From: Nitrosopumilus sp.
GTDB taxonomy: Archaea; Thermoproteota; Nitrososphaeria; Nitrososphaerales; Nitrosopumilaceae
Direction: 5' to 3'
Length of the DNA: 64,000 nt
Assembly: GCA_965206745.1 (NCBI GenBank)
Contig: OZ242220.1
Coordinates: forward strand, 900,434-964,433
In this document: in pieces, positions 19,223-29,272 of the stretch
How positions within the stretch are numbered: the stretch's first letter is position 1
Layout of the letters: every line of letters starts with the position of its first letter
The notes under the pieces: generated by a model
What the model was told of the DNA's origin: nothing
Seen by the model: the letters and a program-made list of their open reading frames with translations, nothing else
Database searches by the model: none
Position numbers and translations under genes: made by a program

Positions 19223-21396
19223 GTTTGGAAGAGCAGGAACTAGCTGAGCTAAAGTCCAAAATCAGCAGAGAGCCGACATTCACAGAAATGCAAATTGTGG
19301 CCGCCGAATGGTCTGAGCACTGCTCTTACAAATCCTCAAAGAGACATCTGAAACTCCTGCCAATGGATGGCCCTCTGGTGATCAACGAGAAGGGGTATGA
19401 TTCTGGAGTTCTGGACGTCGGTGACGGGTATGTGGTTACTGCACACATTGAAAGTCACAACCATCCCTCTGCAGTGGAGCCATACGGTGGTGCTGCCACC
19501 GGTGTCGGCGGGGTGATTAGGGATATCTTGTCTGCTGGAACAAGGCCCATTGCAATCTTTGACGGTCTGAGATTTGGAAATGTTGAGCAAGACTTGCATG
19601 CAAGGTGGCTATTCAAAAACGCAGTTACTGGTATTGCCGACTATGGAAACTGCTTGGGCATACCGACTGTGGGTGGGGAGGTAGAGTTTGATGAGTGCTA
19701 TGAAAACTATGCCCTAGTTGATGTTGCCGCACTTGGTTTTGGCAAAAGGGAGAAGCTGATAAAAAATCACGCAGAGACAGGCGATATTGTCGTACTAGTC
19801 GGCGGCTCCACAGGCCGGGACGGCATAGGTGGCTCCCAATTTGCCTCTGACTCTCTGGAATCTGAGGACCGCTCTGCGATTCAAATTCCCGATCCCTTCA
19901 TTGAAAAGTTAATCATAGAGGCCGTCTTGCAGGCAAGAAATGACGGCCTGATTCATGCCATGAAGGATTTGGGTGGAGGCGGTCTGTCCTGTGCAATCTC
20001 TGAGACTGCAGATGCCTTGGATGTCGGAATAGAGATGGATGTTGAAAAGGTCCACACTAGGGAGTCTGATATGCATCCTGATGAAATCATGATATCTGAA
20101 TCCCAAGAAAGAATGCTAATTGTTACCAGCAAAGAGAAACTAGAAAAACTTGAAGAAATATGCCAAAGATTCCGTATCGGCTGCTCTGCCATCGGCTCTG
20201 TGACCTCTGATAGTCAGATGCACATCACAAAGGGCAAGGAGACCGTTGCCAATCTATCCACTGATGTCGTAGCTAATGCCACGCTGCTTGATCTGCCATC
20301 TAGGGAGCCGTCCTACCTCAAAGGAATTGAGGATGAAAAGGAGTTTGCCCCCATTGCTGATTATTCAAAGACCCTGATGATCCTGCTTGCATCCCCGAAC
20401 ATTGCAAGCAAGATCTGGGTTTATGGGCAGTATGATCATGAGGTTGGAATTAGAACCGTGGTAAAGCCTGGCACTGATGCATCTGTTTTGCGATTGGATA
20501 ATGGCAAGTACCTCTCTGCCAAAATTGACGGCAATCCAAAGCAGTGCTACATCAATCCCAGGGAGGGCGCAATCGGCTGCTTTGAGGAGGCTTGCAGAAA
20601 CGTCGTGTGCACCGGAGCCACGCCCATCGGAATGCTTGATCACCTGCAATTTGGCAATCCAAAGGATCCTGAAATATTTTGGACCTTCTTGGAATCCTTA
20701 AAGGGCCTTGCTGATTTTGCCAAATATTTTCAAATTCCATGCGTTGGGGGAAAGGTCAGCATGTACAATGAGACTGCATCAGGTCCAATCAAGCCGACTC
20801 CCGTGATCGGAGTCATCGGACTAGTTGATCAAAAGCCCTCCGTGCCCCGAAAAATCTCACACGGCGACTCTCTAATCATTATTGGCGACACCAAAGACGA
20901 GATGGGCGGCTCTGAATATTTTGAATATATTCACAAATTCGTTGGTGGACGATGCCCTGTCGTAAACTTTGAGGACTCGAAAAAAAACATGACATCCGTG
21001 TTACAAATAATTGGAAACGGCTCTGTCAAATTAGTGCATGACTGCTCAAAGGGCGGGCTGGCAGTTGCAGTCTCTGAAATCTGCCTGACCAATCAGATTG
21101 GCTGCAAGGTTTCCCTAGATGGGCTTCCAGGCGAGAAACTGGACTGTGAGAGGGCCTTGTTCTCTGAGAGCCACTCTCGCTACCTGCTTGCATCTGATGA
21201 GGGGAACCTTCAAAGTATTGAGGACCTCTTGATAAAAAACGGGGTTCCCTTCAAACGAATCGGTCAGTTTGGAGGTGAAAAGATTCAGTTTGCAGATGGG
21301 GCAGAATCACTAGTCGAGCTTGATGTAGAGGACACGCGCAAGACCTGGCTCAACTCCCTTCCCAACCTGATTCTTGACGGCAAAAAGTCCATCTGA
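19219..21396 (+). CDS. purL: FGAM synthase subunit PurL
   Basis: WSEHCSYKSS, ESHNHPS, DLGGGG, SESQERM. Confidence 0.97.
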   Translation: MSLEEQELAELKSKISREPTFTEMQIVAAEWSEHCSYKSSKRHLKLLPMDGPLVINEKGYDSGVLDVGDGYVVTAHIESHNHPSAVEPYGGAATGVGGVIRDILSAGTRPIAIFDGLRFGNVEQDLHARWLFKNAVTGIADYGNCLGIPTVGGEVEFDECYENYALVDVAALGFGKREKLIKNHAETGDIVVLVGGSTGRDGIGGSQFASDSLESEDRSAIQIPDPFIEKLIIEAVLQARNDGLIHAMKDLGGGGLSCAISETADALDVGIEMDVEKVHTRESDMHPDEIMISESQERMLIVTSKEKLEKLEEICQRFRIGCSAIGSVTSDSQMHITKGKETVANLSTDVVANATLLDLPSREPSYLKGIEDEKEFAPIADYSKTLMILLASPNIASKIWVYGQYDHEVGIRTVVKPGTDASVLRLDNGKYLSAKIDGNPKQCYINPREGAIGCFEEACRNVVCTGATPIGMLDHLQFGNPKDPEIFWTFLESLKGLADFAKYFQIPCVGGKVSMYNETASGPIKPTPVIGVIGLVDQKPSVPRKISHGDSLIIIGDTKDEMGGSEYFEYIHKFVGGRCPVVNFEDSKKNMTSVLQIIGNGSVKLVHDCSKGGLAVAVSEICLTNQIGCKVSLDGLPGEKLDCERALFSESHSRYLLASDEGNLQSIEDLLIKNGVPFKRIGQFGGEKIQFADGAESLVELDVEDTRKTWLNSLPNLILDGKKSI

Positions 21397-21550
21397 TGCA
21401 AATATTTTGATCGCAGAAGCTAATCAGCATTTTTATTATTCAAGGTTGAATTATCGATCAGGGTATGGAGTCGTCATTTGATTATTCAGTCAAGTCTTGC
21501 ACTTTTTCTAGTCATTTAGCATTATACGCAGTGGCGGAGTCAGAATAGAG

Positions 21551-22993
21551 TTGCCCAAGGTAAAGGAGAACTGCGGCGTTGTTGGAATTTACAGCCTGTC
21601 TGGAACCAACGTGGTTCCAATGATATTTGATGCCCTGCGAGCATTACAGCACAGGGGGCAGGAAGCATGGGGATTTGCAGTTCCAAACAAACCTCCGTTC
21701 AAAAAGGCGGGACTGGTCTCGCACCATTCAGCTGAATTTAAGAAGATTGCCCAAGAGTACGCATCGCCGTGTGCCATTGGGCATGTCAGATACTCCACGA
21801 TGGGCACCAGCACGCTGGATAATGCGCAGCCCCTGAAGGTAAAGGATCTGTGCATTGCGCACAATGGGACAATTGCCAACGCGCAAGAACTCTCCAATCT
21901 GGTTGGAGGATGCTCCTTTACCCCCCAGAACGCAAGTGACACGCTTGTTGCAGCGCAAAGGCTTGTCTCATTAATATCTGAAAACGGTGAGATGGGCAAG
22001 GCACTATCCATTCTAAAAAACGAGATGGTTGGCTCTTACTGCTTTACGTTTATCTCCGATGATGACTCTGTCTATGCCGCACGTGATCCAAAGGGGTTCC
22101 GTCCGATGGTGCTCGGACACAAGAAATCTGATGACACGTACATCGTAACATCCGAATCAGCTGCCGTCACCGCAGTCGGTGCAACCCTTCAGAGAGACGT
22201 GGTTCCCGGCGAGTTGATCAAGATAAGCAAGAGTGGTCTTGAGACAGAATTGTTCTCAACTGACTCTTCCCGTGCGCACTGCTCTTTTGAGTTTACATAC
22301 TTTGCACACCCTTCAAGCAACATGGAGGGGCACAACATCTACGTTTCAAGAAAAAAAATAGGACAGTTTATGGCAAAAAAGTTCCCAATACCCGATGCCG
22401 ATCTGGTGATTCCTGTACCTGACTCTGCAAGGCCTGCAGCCCTGGGCTATGCCCAAGAACTCGGCGTATCATTTGATGAGGGACTGCTAAAGGACAGATA
22501 CAGCAAGAAGGGTCCGTTGCGGAGCTTCATCGAGCCGCATCAAAGCGACCGAGTCGAGATCAATCGCTGGATAATCCCAATCAGTGAGATAATCAAAGAC
22601 AAGCACGTGGTAGTAATAGATGACAGCCTGGTGCGGGGTACTAGTTCCAAGGCCATCATCAAGGCTCTTCGTCGCGCAGGTGCCAAAAAAATCAGCATGC
22701 TAATCACATACCCACAAATCAACTATCCTTGCTATGCCGGAATTGATTTTCCATCTAGGGAGGAACTTGCAACATACACTGATGGAAAAACCATGAGCAG
22801 CGATGAGATCACTGAGATGGTAAGGCAGAGTATCGGTGTTGACTTTTTAGGGTATAATGACGCTGAGAACCTGGCTGATGCAGTTGGCCTTCCAAAGGAC
22901 TCGATGTGTTTTACATGCTCCTCTGGAAACTATGAATCCCTGGGAATAAAGCCTGATTTTACCAAACGCGAGCAGGTAAAGGCTGTAAATTAG
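21551..22993 (+). CDS. purF: Amidophosphoribosyltransferase
   Basis: ENCGVVG Ntn cysteine, LQHRGQE, GHVRYST, DDSLVRGT PRPP site. Confidence 0.97.
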   Translation: MPKVKENCGVVGIYSLSGTNVVPMIFDALRALQHRGQEAWGFAVPNKPPFKKAGLVSHHSAEFKKIAQEYASPCAIGHVRYSTMGTSTLDNAQPLKVKDLCIAHNGTIANAQELSNLVGGCSFTPQNASDTLVAAQRLVSLISENGEMGKALSILKNEMVGSYCFTFISDDDSVYAARDPKGFRPMVLGHKKSDDTYIVTSESAAVTAVGATLQRDVVPGELIKISKSGLETELFSTDSSRAHCSFEFTYFAHPSSNMEGHNIYVSRKKIGQFMAKKFPIPDADLVIPVPDSARPAALGYAQELGVSFDEGLLKDRYSKKGPLRSFIEPHQSDRVEINRWIIPISEIIKDKHVVVIDDSLVRGTSSKAIIKALRRAGAKKISMLITYPQINYPCYAGIDFPSREELATYTDGKTMSSDEITEMVRQSIGVDFLGYNDAENLADAVGLPKDSMCFTCSSGNYESLGIKPDFTKREQVKAVN

Positions 22994-23044
22994 ACTCAGC
23001 TCCTTTGAGCTTTAATTAAATATGGTCTGAAATGCTGAGTGTTT

Positions 23045-23323
23045 ATGCAGGCTATGTGGAATGAGGTTGTAATTGCACAAAGTGATGATACCGTCGTGGT
23101 GGATGGCAACCATTACTTTCCATCTGATTCACTAAAGCAGCAGTACTTTAAGAAATCCCCCCTGACCAGCGTATGCGGGTGGAAGGGAAAGGCAAACTAT
23201 TACTCTGTGGATGTAAATGGCAAAGTCAACAAGGACTGTGCATGGTACTATACCGAGCCCAACGATGCTGCCCTCAAAATTAAAGGAATGGTGGCATTTT
23301 GGAATGGCATTACAATCAGCTGA
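23045..23323 (+). CDS. DUF427 family protein
   Basis: MQAMWNEVVIAQSD...GNHYFP...C.WKG.ANYY...AWYY. Confidence 0.88.
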   Translation: MQAMWNEVVIAQSDDTVVVDGNHYFPSDSLKQQYFKKSPLTSVCGWKGKANYYSVDVNGKVNKDCAWYYTEPNDAALKIKGMVAFWNGITIS

Positions 23324-23334
23324 TTTTGACACTG

Positions 23335-24189
23335 TTAAATCAAACACATGCCATGTTCATCTCGTACAGCTTGATCAGGACACTTGGTTTGAGTATTTTC
23401 TATGTTGCTAGGTTCACTGGTACCTCCGTTTGTTATGACTTGAACAGAATACGAATATTCTGTATCTGGCTCTAGACCTGTTACTGCATATGACGTATCT
23501 GTAGTTGTATCTAGTATTGTGTCCGGTATGCCGTGTGGCGTATGAAATGAAATATCATAATCTGGCAGGATTCCTCCATTAAGGTTTGGCTGTGTCCATG
23601 AAAGCATCACCGAAGTGCTGTTCTCACTTGATATTTTCAAGTCATCAATGGGTTCAGAAGGGGTAGAAAATGTATTGGAGGACAATGGAATTACAAAAAA
23701 CGATTCATGCACTTTATCCGTAATCGTATGATTGCCAATTTGTTTTGATGCAGTTAATGAAATTACATATTGACCAATTTTGGAATTATCCTGGAAATAA
23801 TATGTGTCCATAAAATATCCGTTACTGGAGGTATTTTCAGTAAAATTATGAATCAAAACATGTCCCTTTTTTATCTTGCCTGTGATTGTGGCATTGGTAA
23901 TTTTCCCGTCATTGAAATAATAGTCCCCTCGTGTATTAATTTCAGGATCAAACAGATAGCCAGAAACAACGAAATTATGCTTCCATTGCACAAAATGAGG
24001 TTTTTTAATTACGAGATCAATTTGGGGTTCCTTATCAACTGTAACTGTCTCTATGATTTTTGAGCGTTTATCTGGAGATGCGTTTCTGTTATCCCAATAC
24101 GCCTCCAAAATTGCCTTGGATTCATCACTGAGAGCATGAACGGAGATTGGCACTAGCATCAATGCAAACACCAGCAATAGTATCTTCAT
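23335..24189 (-). CDS. Secreted protein with C-terminal fibronectin type III domain
   Basis: Signal peptide; TSVMLSWTQP...YAVTGLEPDTEYSYSVQ FN3 motif; C-terminal Cys pair. Confidence 0.85.
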   Translation of the reverse strand: MKILLLVFALMLVPISVHALSDESKAILEAYWDNRNASPDKRSKIIETVTVDKEPQIDLVIKKPHFVQWKHNFVVSGYLFDPEINTRGDYYFNDGKITNATITGKIKKGHVLIHNFTENTSSNGYFMDTYYFQDNSKIGQYVISLTASKQIGNHTITDKVHESFFVIPLSSNTFSTPSEPIDDLKISSENSTSVMLSWTQPNLNGGILPDYDISFHTPHGIPDTILDTTTDTSYAVTGLEPDTEYSYSVQVITNGGTSEPSNIENTQTKCPDQAVRDEHGMCLI

Positions 24190-24379
24190 AACGATTCAAA
24201 CAAAAGAATCCATTTAACCTTTTATCAAGAAACTGAACGAGCCCAACCAAAAAACTAGGCATGCAAATATTCTAAACAATATTGATTCGTGCCTAACCAA
24301 GATAATCTCATACGAATCCAGAGTCTGTCTCCAACGACTAGACGCATCAGAATAAAATATAGTAATTCTTTTAAGAAAT

Positions 24380-25717
24380 TTGACTCCTCGAAATTCATTG
24401 AACAAGGTTATTCTGTCAATGCTGGCATTGACTTTGGTTATTACATTGGGTCTGGGATCATCTTATGCTCAAGATGATTATGTATACCATGATGAAAATG
24501 GGAATAAACAACCAAAAGTTTTCTATTATAATAATGGACAGCAGCAATCGGAATTCCACTATGATGAGGGCGGATTGCTGGAACAAGAAACACGATTTTC
24601 TGAAGATGGAAGTATACGCTCACATACCTTTTATGACCATAACGGTTATCCGAATGAACAAATATCCTATGAATATCATGAAAACGGAAATCTCAAATCA
24701 GAAAAACACCATGAAAATGATCATCTGGAAGAAGAAATACTCTACCATGAAAACGGTCAACGTAAATCAGAAAAATACTATGAAAGCGGACAACTAGATC
24801 AAGAAATATACTATGAATACTATGAAAACGATAAAATCAAATCAGAAAAATATTATAAAAACGGAGAACTAAAATCAGAATCAAGTTATCATGAAAACGG
24901 GCATCTGGAGCTATATTTGCAATATGATGAAAACAAAAATGTGCAATCAGAAGGCACCTATGATGAAAACGGACAACTAGAAGATGAGACACGCTTTGAA
25001 TATTACAAAAATGGAAGTCAGAAATCACTAAAAGAATATGACGATGGGCAATTAGAGTTGGAAACACAATTTTACAAAAATGGACATTTCAAATCTACAA
25101 AAAAATACACTAACGGACAACTAGAAACAGAATGGCAGCGACATGAAAACGGAGATTTAGAATCAAGATCAGACTATCATGAAAATGGAAATAAACAATC
25201 ATTCACAATATTCAAAAACGGACAACCGAAATCTGAGATTCGTTACGATGAAAATGGGAATTACAACTTGTACCGATTGCATCGTGCTGACGGTTCATTA
25301 AAATCTGAAAGCCATTATCATGAAAATGGAAAATTAAAATTAGAAATAATCTATTATGAGAACGAACTACCACAATCTGAATTTAGTTATTTCTACGATG
25401 GACTAATAAAATCAAAAGTCACTTATTTCGAAAACGGACAACTAAATACACTGTTGCAATATAATGATATGGGGTTTATACTGGGGTTAAAACCACTAGC
25501 GTTTAAACAACTGGAAATTAGTTATTATGAGAATGGACCACTACGATCCGTAACCCATTGGCATGAATATAACATGTTAAAATCAAGAACGTACTATGAT
25601 GAAACTGGCGTATTGAGCGCAGTAATATTATATAATCAAATGGGACACGTACAATCCAAATTCTATAATGATGAAAATGAGGAGTCAAAAAAGAATATGA
25701 CTGGAACGGACAGCTAA
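24380..25717 (+). CDS. Secreted MORN_2/YwqK-like repeat protein
   Basis: Signal peptide (…GLGSSYA|QDD), then YHENGxxKSExxY repeats; probable 2-nt insertion at 25679-25680. Confidence 0.85.
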   Translation: MTPRNSLNKVILSMLALTLVITLGLGSSYAQDDYVYHDENGNKQPKVFYYNNGQQQSEFHYDEGGLLEQETRFSEDGSIRSHTFYDHNGYPNEQISYEYHENGNLKSEKHHENDHLEEEILYHENGQRKSEKYYESGQLDQEIYYEYYENDKIKSEKYYKNGELKSESSYHENGHLELYLQYDENKNVQSEGTYDENGQLEDETRFEYYKNGSQKSLKEYDDGQLELETQFYKNGHFKSTKKYTNGQLETEWQRHENGDLESRSDYHENGNKQSFTIFKNGQPKSEIRYDENGNYNLYRLHRADGSLKSESHYHENGKLKLEIIYYENELPQSEFSYFYDGLIKSKVTYFENGQLNTLLQYNDMGFILGLKPLAFKQLEISYYENGPLRSVTHWHEYNMLKSRTYYDETGVLSAVILYNQMGHVQSKFYNDENEESKKNMTGTDS

Positions 25718-25988
25718 AATGAGATTTTAAATCCATGGCCTCTCTTTTCATTTCAAATCAATACTTGGGTTTGGCCATTTAATCACAGTTTGGCTGGTGC
25801 GCCCTTACCGGATGCAGTGTGATGTGGCCCTCCTAGACTTGGATATTTTTAGTCTTCACCAAAGTCACCATCGTAGCATTCGATGAAATCAAAGTCATAA
25901 TATTTCATAATATCATTAGATTTTATCACGACATAGGTGTTGGGTGTATGAATATCGTCTTCCTCTGATGCCTATATAGGCCGTGTAA

Positions 25989-26201
25989 TTAGTTGGCAGA
26001 TTCGCCTTGATCAACATCTCTGTTGTACTCATCGACATCTTGATTGTATCTGTCAATCTCCTGGTTCTCCTCATCGACGTCTCCTTCAAACAGTTCGGGA
26101 TGTTTCTCTTGTGCCTTTCTCATTAACTTCTTGAATGTGTCAGGATCGTCTTTCTGCAGTTCCAGCAGTATCTTACCAATGGAATCATCAAGATTGCTCA
26201 T
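25989..26201 (-). CDS. Small acidic hypothetical protein
   Basis: 70-aa ORF with an ATGA overlap to the upstream ORF. Confidence 0.55.
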   Translation of the reverse strand: MSNLDDSIGKILLELQKDDPDTFKKLMRKAQEKHPELFEGDVDEENQEIDRYNQDVDEYNRDVDQGESAN

Positions 26202-26554
26202 ATTGCATTACCTGCCATGCCGTCATTTGTACCAAAATCACTATTTGACCTGACATCATCTTCTAAAACGACAATACTGTCTGTACTTTGTGTTGTGTTA
26301 TTATCGATAAAATACCTGTATCTGTCAACTCGAATTATTTGAAGATCCCTGCCGTTGATTGTGGCATTGGATTGGCCTTGGACAATACCTGTAACGCCTA
26401 TCCCAGAATCCACAATATTTTGTAGCCCTGATGTGTACCTATCAAATTGAGTGCCTTCTAGAACAGGGGGATTGCAACGTGTAGCATGAACATCTAAGAT
26501 GGCAAATAACCCTAATGACGATACTCCAAGTGATGGCATATTTATCCTTGGCAT
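26198..26554 (-). CDS. Orphan hypothetical protein
   Basis: 118-aa ATG ORF; TATA-like tttatgca/tttaaa upstream on the minus strand. Confidence 0.5.
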   Translation of the reverse strand: MPRINMPSLGVSSLGLFAILDVHATRCNPPVLEGTQFDRYTSGLQNIVDSGIGVTGIVQGQSNATINGRDLQIIRVDRYRYFIDNNTTQSTDSIVVLEDDVRSNSDFGTNDGMAGNAI

Positions 26555-26982
26555 TCCTACGCATTTGCATAAAAGTACAAACTCATTTAAAGATAATCAT
26601 CAAATACTCTGCCACTCCCATGAATCTGCACACTTGATCAAATTGCCATCTTTAGTCAGAAAACGCAAATCATAGACATCTCCCAAGAAATCAAGAATCT
26701 GAGTTGTTCCCATTTGCAATATGACGTATTCCAGATAATCCTCATTACTTTGTAGGATGTCATAAGAGACATTGACGTGATGAATGCTGATTCTGCCTCA
26801 TCAGGATCTCCCTCAACTCGAATTTTTCTGACACATCACCCACTTGGCCTATCAAGGCCTATGGGCCAAACCTGCAAAGATTATCCCAAGAGATCTCCTT
26901 GGTTGATCCCGTATGCCTTTTTGAGAAAATTTCATCACAATAGCCCTAGGAGTTAAATTATATCAAAATCAGGCATAATTGT

Positions 26983-27807
26983 TTGAAATTTCTTACAAGT
27001 GGTAAGGTAAAGGATCTTTATGATATTGACGAATCAAGCATTCTATTCAAATTCTCAGACAGGGTTTCAGCATATGACGTAAAGTTCAATCAGGATATTC
27101 CCCAAAAGGGGGAGGTCCTCTGCAAATTTGCAGAATTTTGGTTCAACGAGTTGTCAGTGCCAAACCATTTCATCAGACGGGAGTCTGACACGGAGATTGT
27201 TGTAAAAAAGATGAAGATGCTTCCAATGGAATGCGTGGTTCGTGGCCATTTCTATGGCAGTCTGGTGAGTCGGTGGAAAGAAGACAAGGCAATTGTACCT
27301 GATGGGACTGATACCACCCTAGCTGCACGACTTCCTGAGCCGATATTTGATCCCACGACAAAATCCGAACATGATGTCCCAATTAACAAGGCAAAGGCGT
27401 TGGAGATGAGTCTGGTTACAGAAGGGCAGTACGACTGGCTAGAGGAGACCTCGATTGCCATCTACAAAAAAATGGCCAGGGTTGCAGATGGTGTCGGATT
27501 CATCCTGGCTGATTTAAAACTCGAATTTGGATTGCTTGATGAAAAAATTACTTTGGGTGATTCTATTGGTCCTGACGAATACCGACTGTGGCCCAAGGCC
27601 TCCTTTGAGGTTGGAAGAATACAAGAGGCATATGACAAGCAGATCTTGCGCGATTGGCTGTCTGCAAACGGATATCAAAAACAATTTGATGACTCGCGCA
27701 ATGCAGGGCTGGAACCTGTCGCACCGCAAATCCCAGCAGAGATCATCTCAAAGATGACAGAGCGCTATGTCACTGCATACGAGAAACTAACCGGGCATTG
27801 CCTGTAA
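26983..27807 (+). CDS. purC: SAICAR synthetase
   Basis: SGKVKDLY, FSDRVSAYD, ECVVRG, LADLKLEFG, PDEYRLW. Confidence 0.96.
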   Translation: MKFLTSGKVKDLYDIDESSILFKFSDRVSAYDVKFNQDIPQKGEVLCKFAEFWFNELSVPNHFIRRESDTEIVVKKMKMLPMECVVRGHFYGSLVSRWKEDKAIVPDGTDTTLAARLPEPIFDPTTKSEHDVPINKAKALEMSLVTEGQYDWLEETSIAIYKKMARVADGVGFILADLKLEFGLLDEKITLGDSIGPDEYRLWPKASFEVGRIQEAYDKQILRDWLSANGYQKQFDDSRNAGLEPVAPQIPAEIISKMTERYVTAYEKLTGHCL

Positions 27808-27954
27808 CACTATTCATTCATAGCTGACTAGAATCTAACTTTCGACTCGAATTTTATTTTTGGCACTCTGTAAAATATCCCCCTGACAGGCAAATTGCCG
27901 ACATGTTCTCCCAAGACGTGCCTTTTTTGATATTTTTGAAAATTTCAAGACCCC

Positions 27955-28068
27955 TACAATAATCATTACTCCGATACCATGTTTATTGTAGTGCTATTGA
28001 AAATATTAGATGCGCTACAATGTATATTGTAACGGTTACATCAAAATCATAACAGTACAATATACATT
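27955..28068. promoter_or_regulatory. Candidate operator array (TACAAT motifs) upstream of the ArsR-like gene
   Basis: TACAAT(A) at 27955, 28016 and 28056 (+) and ending 27990 and 28031 (-); perfect 13-bp inverted repeat 28019-28031 / 28056-28068. Confidence 0.5.
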
Positions 28069-28148
28069 AAAGTAAACAAAAATTTATGCGATTAGACAAA
28101 AAAATATGATACGCGGATCTTTTAGATCGGTATTCAAAGATATTTTGT

Positions 28149-28667
28149 ATGTCTACGTTACTAGAAAAGCAAATCAAAGTTAATCGTACTGTTACGACAA
28201 GCATTGGACACGCGCGTGCAATTGAAGACCCTGCACGGGCAAAGATAGTTGAAATCCTGTATCATCAGGCATTATCAGCTGATCAGATTTCAACGGCGCT
28301 CAAAAAGACCGGATACAAAAAGGCACTAACCACAGTCCGCCACCACCTGGAAATTCTAAAGGGATCCGGACTAATAGAGATTGCAAGAATCGAGGAATCA
28401 CGTGGTGCCATTACAAAGTTCTATAGCACATCTACAAAGCTGCTTGATTTTCAAACCCCTGAGGATTTTGATTCGACATACTCTCAAATCATCGACACCA
28501 CGTCTGCAAAGGTTGAAAAGATTCTCAAAGGCCTGACGCCAAAGACTACAAAATCAAAGGGCAAAAAATCCGCAGAATACTCCCAATACCTCGTAATGGA
28601 GATTATGAACAGGGCAATGACTAACGTCCTTGAAAAATCAAGTGCAAAGCAATCCAAACGAGCTTGA
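28149..28667 (+). CDS. ArsR-like winged-helix transcription regulator
   Basis: DPARAKIVEIL...TTVRHHLEILKGSGLIEI...KFY. Confidence 0.88.
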   Translation: MSTLLEKQIKVNRTVTTSIGHARAIEDPARAKIVEILYHQALSADQISTALKKTGYKKALTTVRHHLEILKGSGLIEIARIEESRGAITKFYSTSTKLLDFQTPEDFDSTYSQIIDTTSAKVEKILKGLTPKTTKSKGKKSAEYSQYLVMEIMNRAMTNVLEKSSAKQSKRA

Positions 28668-28784
28668 GATGATCAACTGCCTCTTTACCGATCAAGTCCG
28701 ATTTTACCCTAAATCCAAAAACATGCAAAAAATACCTCCAAAACGCACCCGCGCTGAGGAATATGTGCAAAAGGTGAAAGACTA

Positions 28785-29189
28785 GTGGATGAAAAATCCG
28801 TAAAACTGTTTTCGGAGAAAAACCTTGTCTTTATTGCGACTCTGATGAAGGACGGCTCACCCCAGGTCTCACCTGTCTGGGCAAACTATGCTGATGGGTT
28901 TATTTTGGTAAACACTGCAGAAGGCAGGATAAAGCACAAAAATATCTTGCGTGACCCACGTGTCGCAGTATCTGCCGTCTCAAAAGACAATCCCCTTGAT
29001 ATGACAACGATTCGCGGGACAGTCCAGGAACTGATTCCAGACTATGATTACAAGCATGCCGATGAGTTGACTTTGCAGTACATGGGACGGGAGCGCTATC
29101 CGTTCAGACGTGACGGTGAAAAAAGAGTCATACTAAAAATAAGACCGGACAAGGTTTTTGTCCTGCCTGAGTTGAAGATGAATCAGTAG
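28785..29189 (+). CDS. PPOX-class F420-dependent oxidoreductase
   Basis: IATLMKDGSPQVSPVW...GRIKHKNILRDPRVAVS. Confidence 0.9.
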   Translation: MDEKSVKLFSEKNLVFIATLMKDGSPQVSPVWANYADGFILVNTAEGRIKHKNILRDPRVAVSAVSKDNPLDMTTIRGTVQELIPDYDYKHADELTLQYMGRERYPFRRDGEKRVILKIRPDKVFVLPELKMNQ

Positions 29190-29201
29190 CAGTTTGGAAT
29201 C

Positions 29202-29223
29202 TTTCTAAATTCGAATTTAGAAA
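29202..29223. repeat. 22-bp perfect palindrome, copy 1
   Basis: TTTCTAAATTCGAATTTAGAAA. Confidence 0.95.
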
Positions 29224-29272
29224 TATAATACATTCAGTAGGGGCAGATTAGAAAAAAGATAGCATAGACAGC

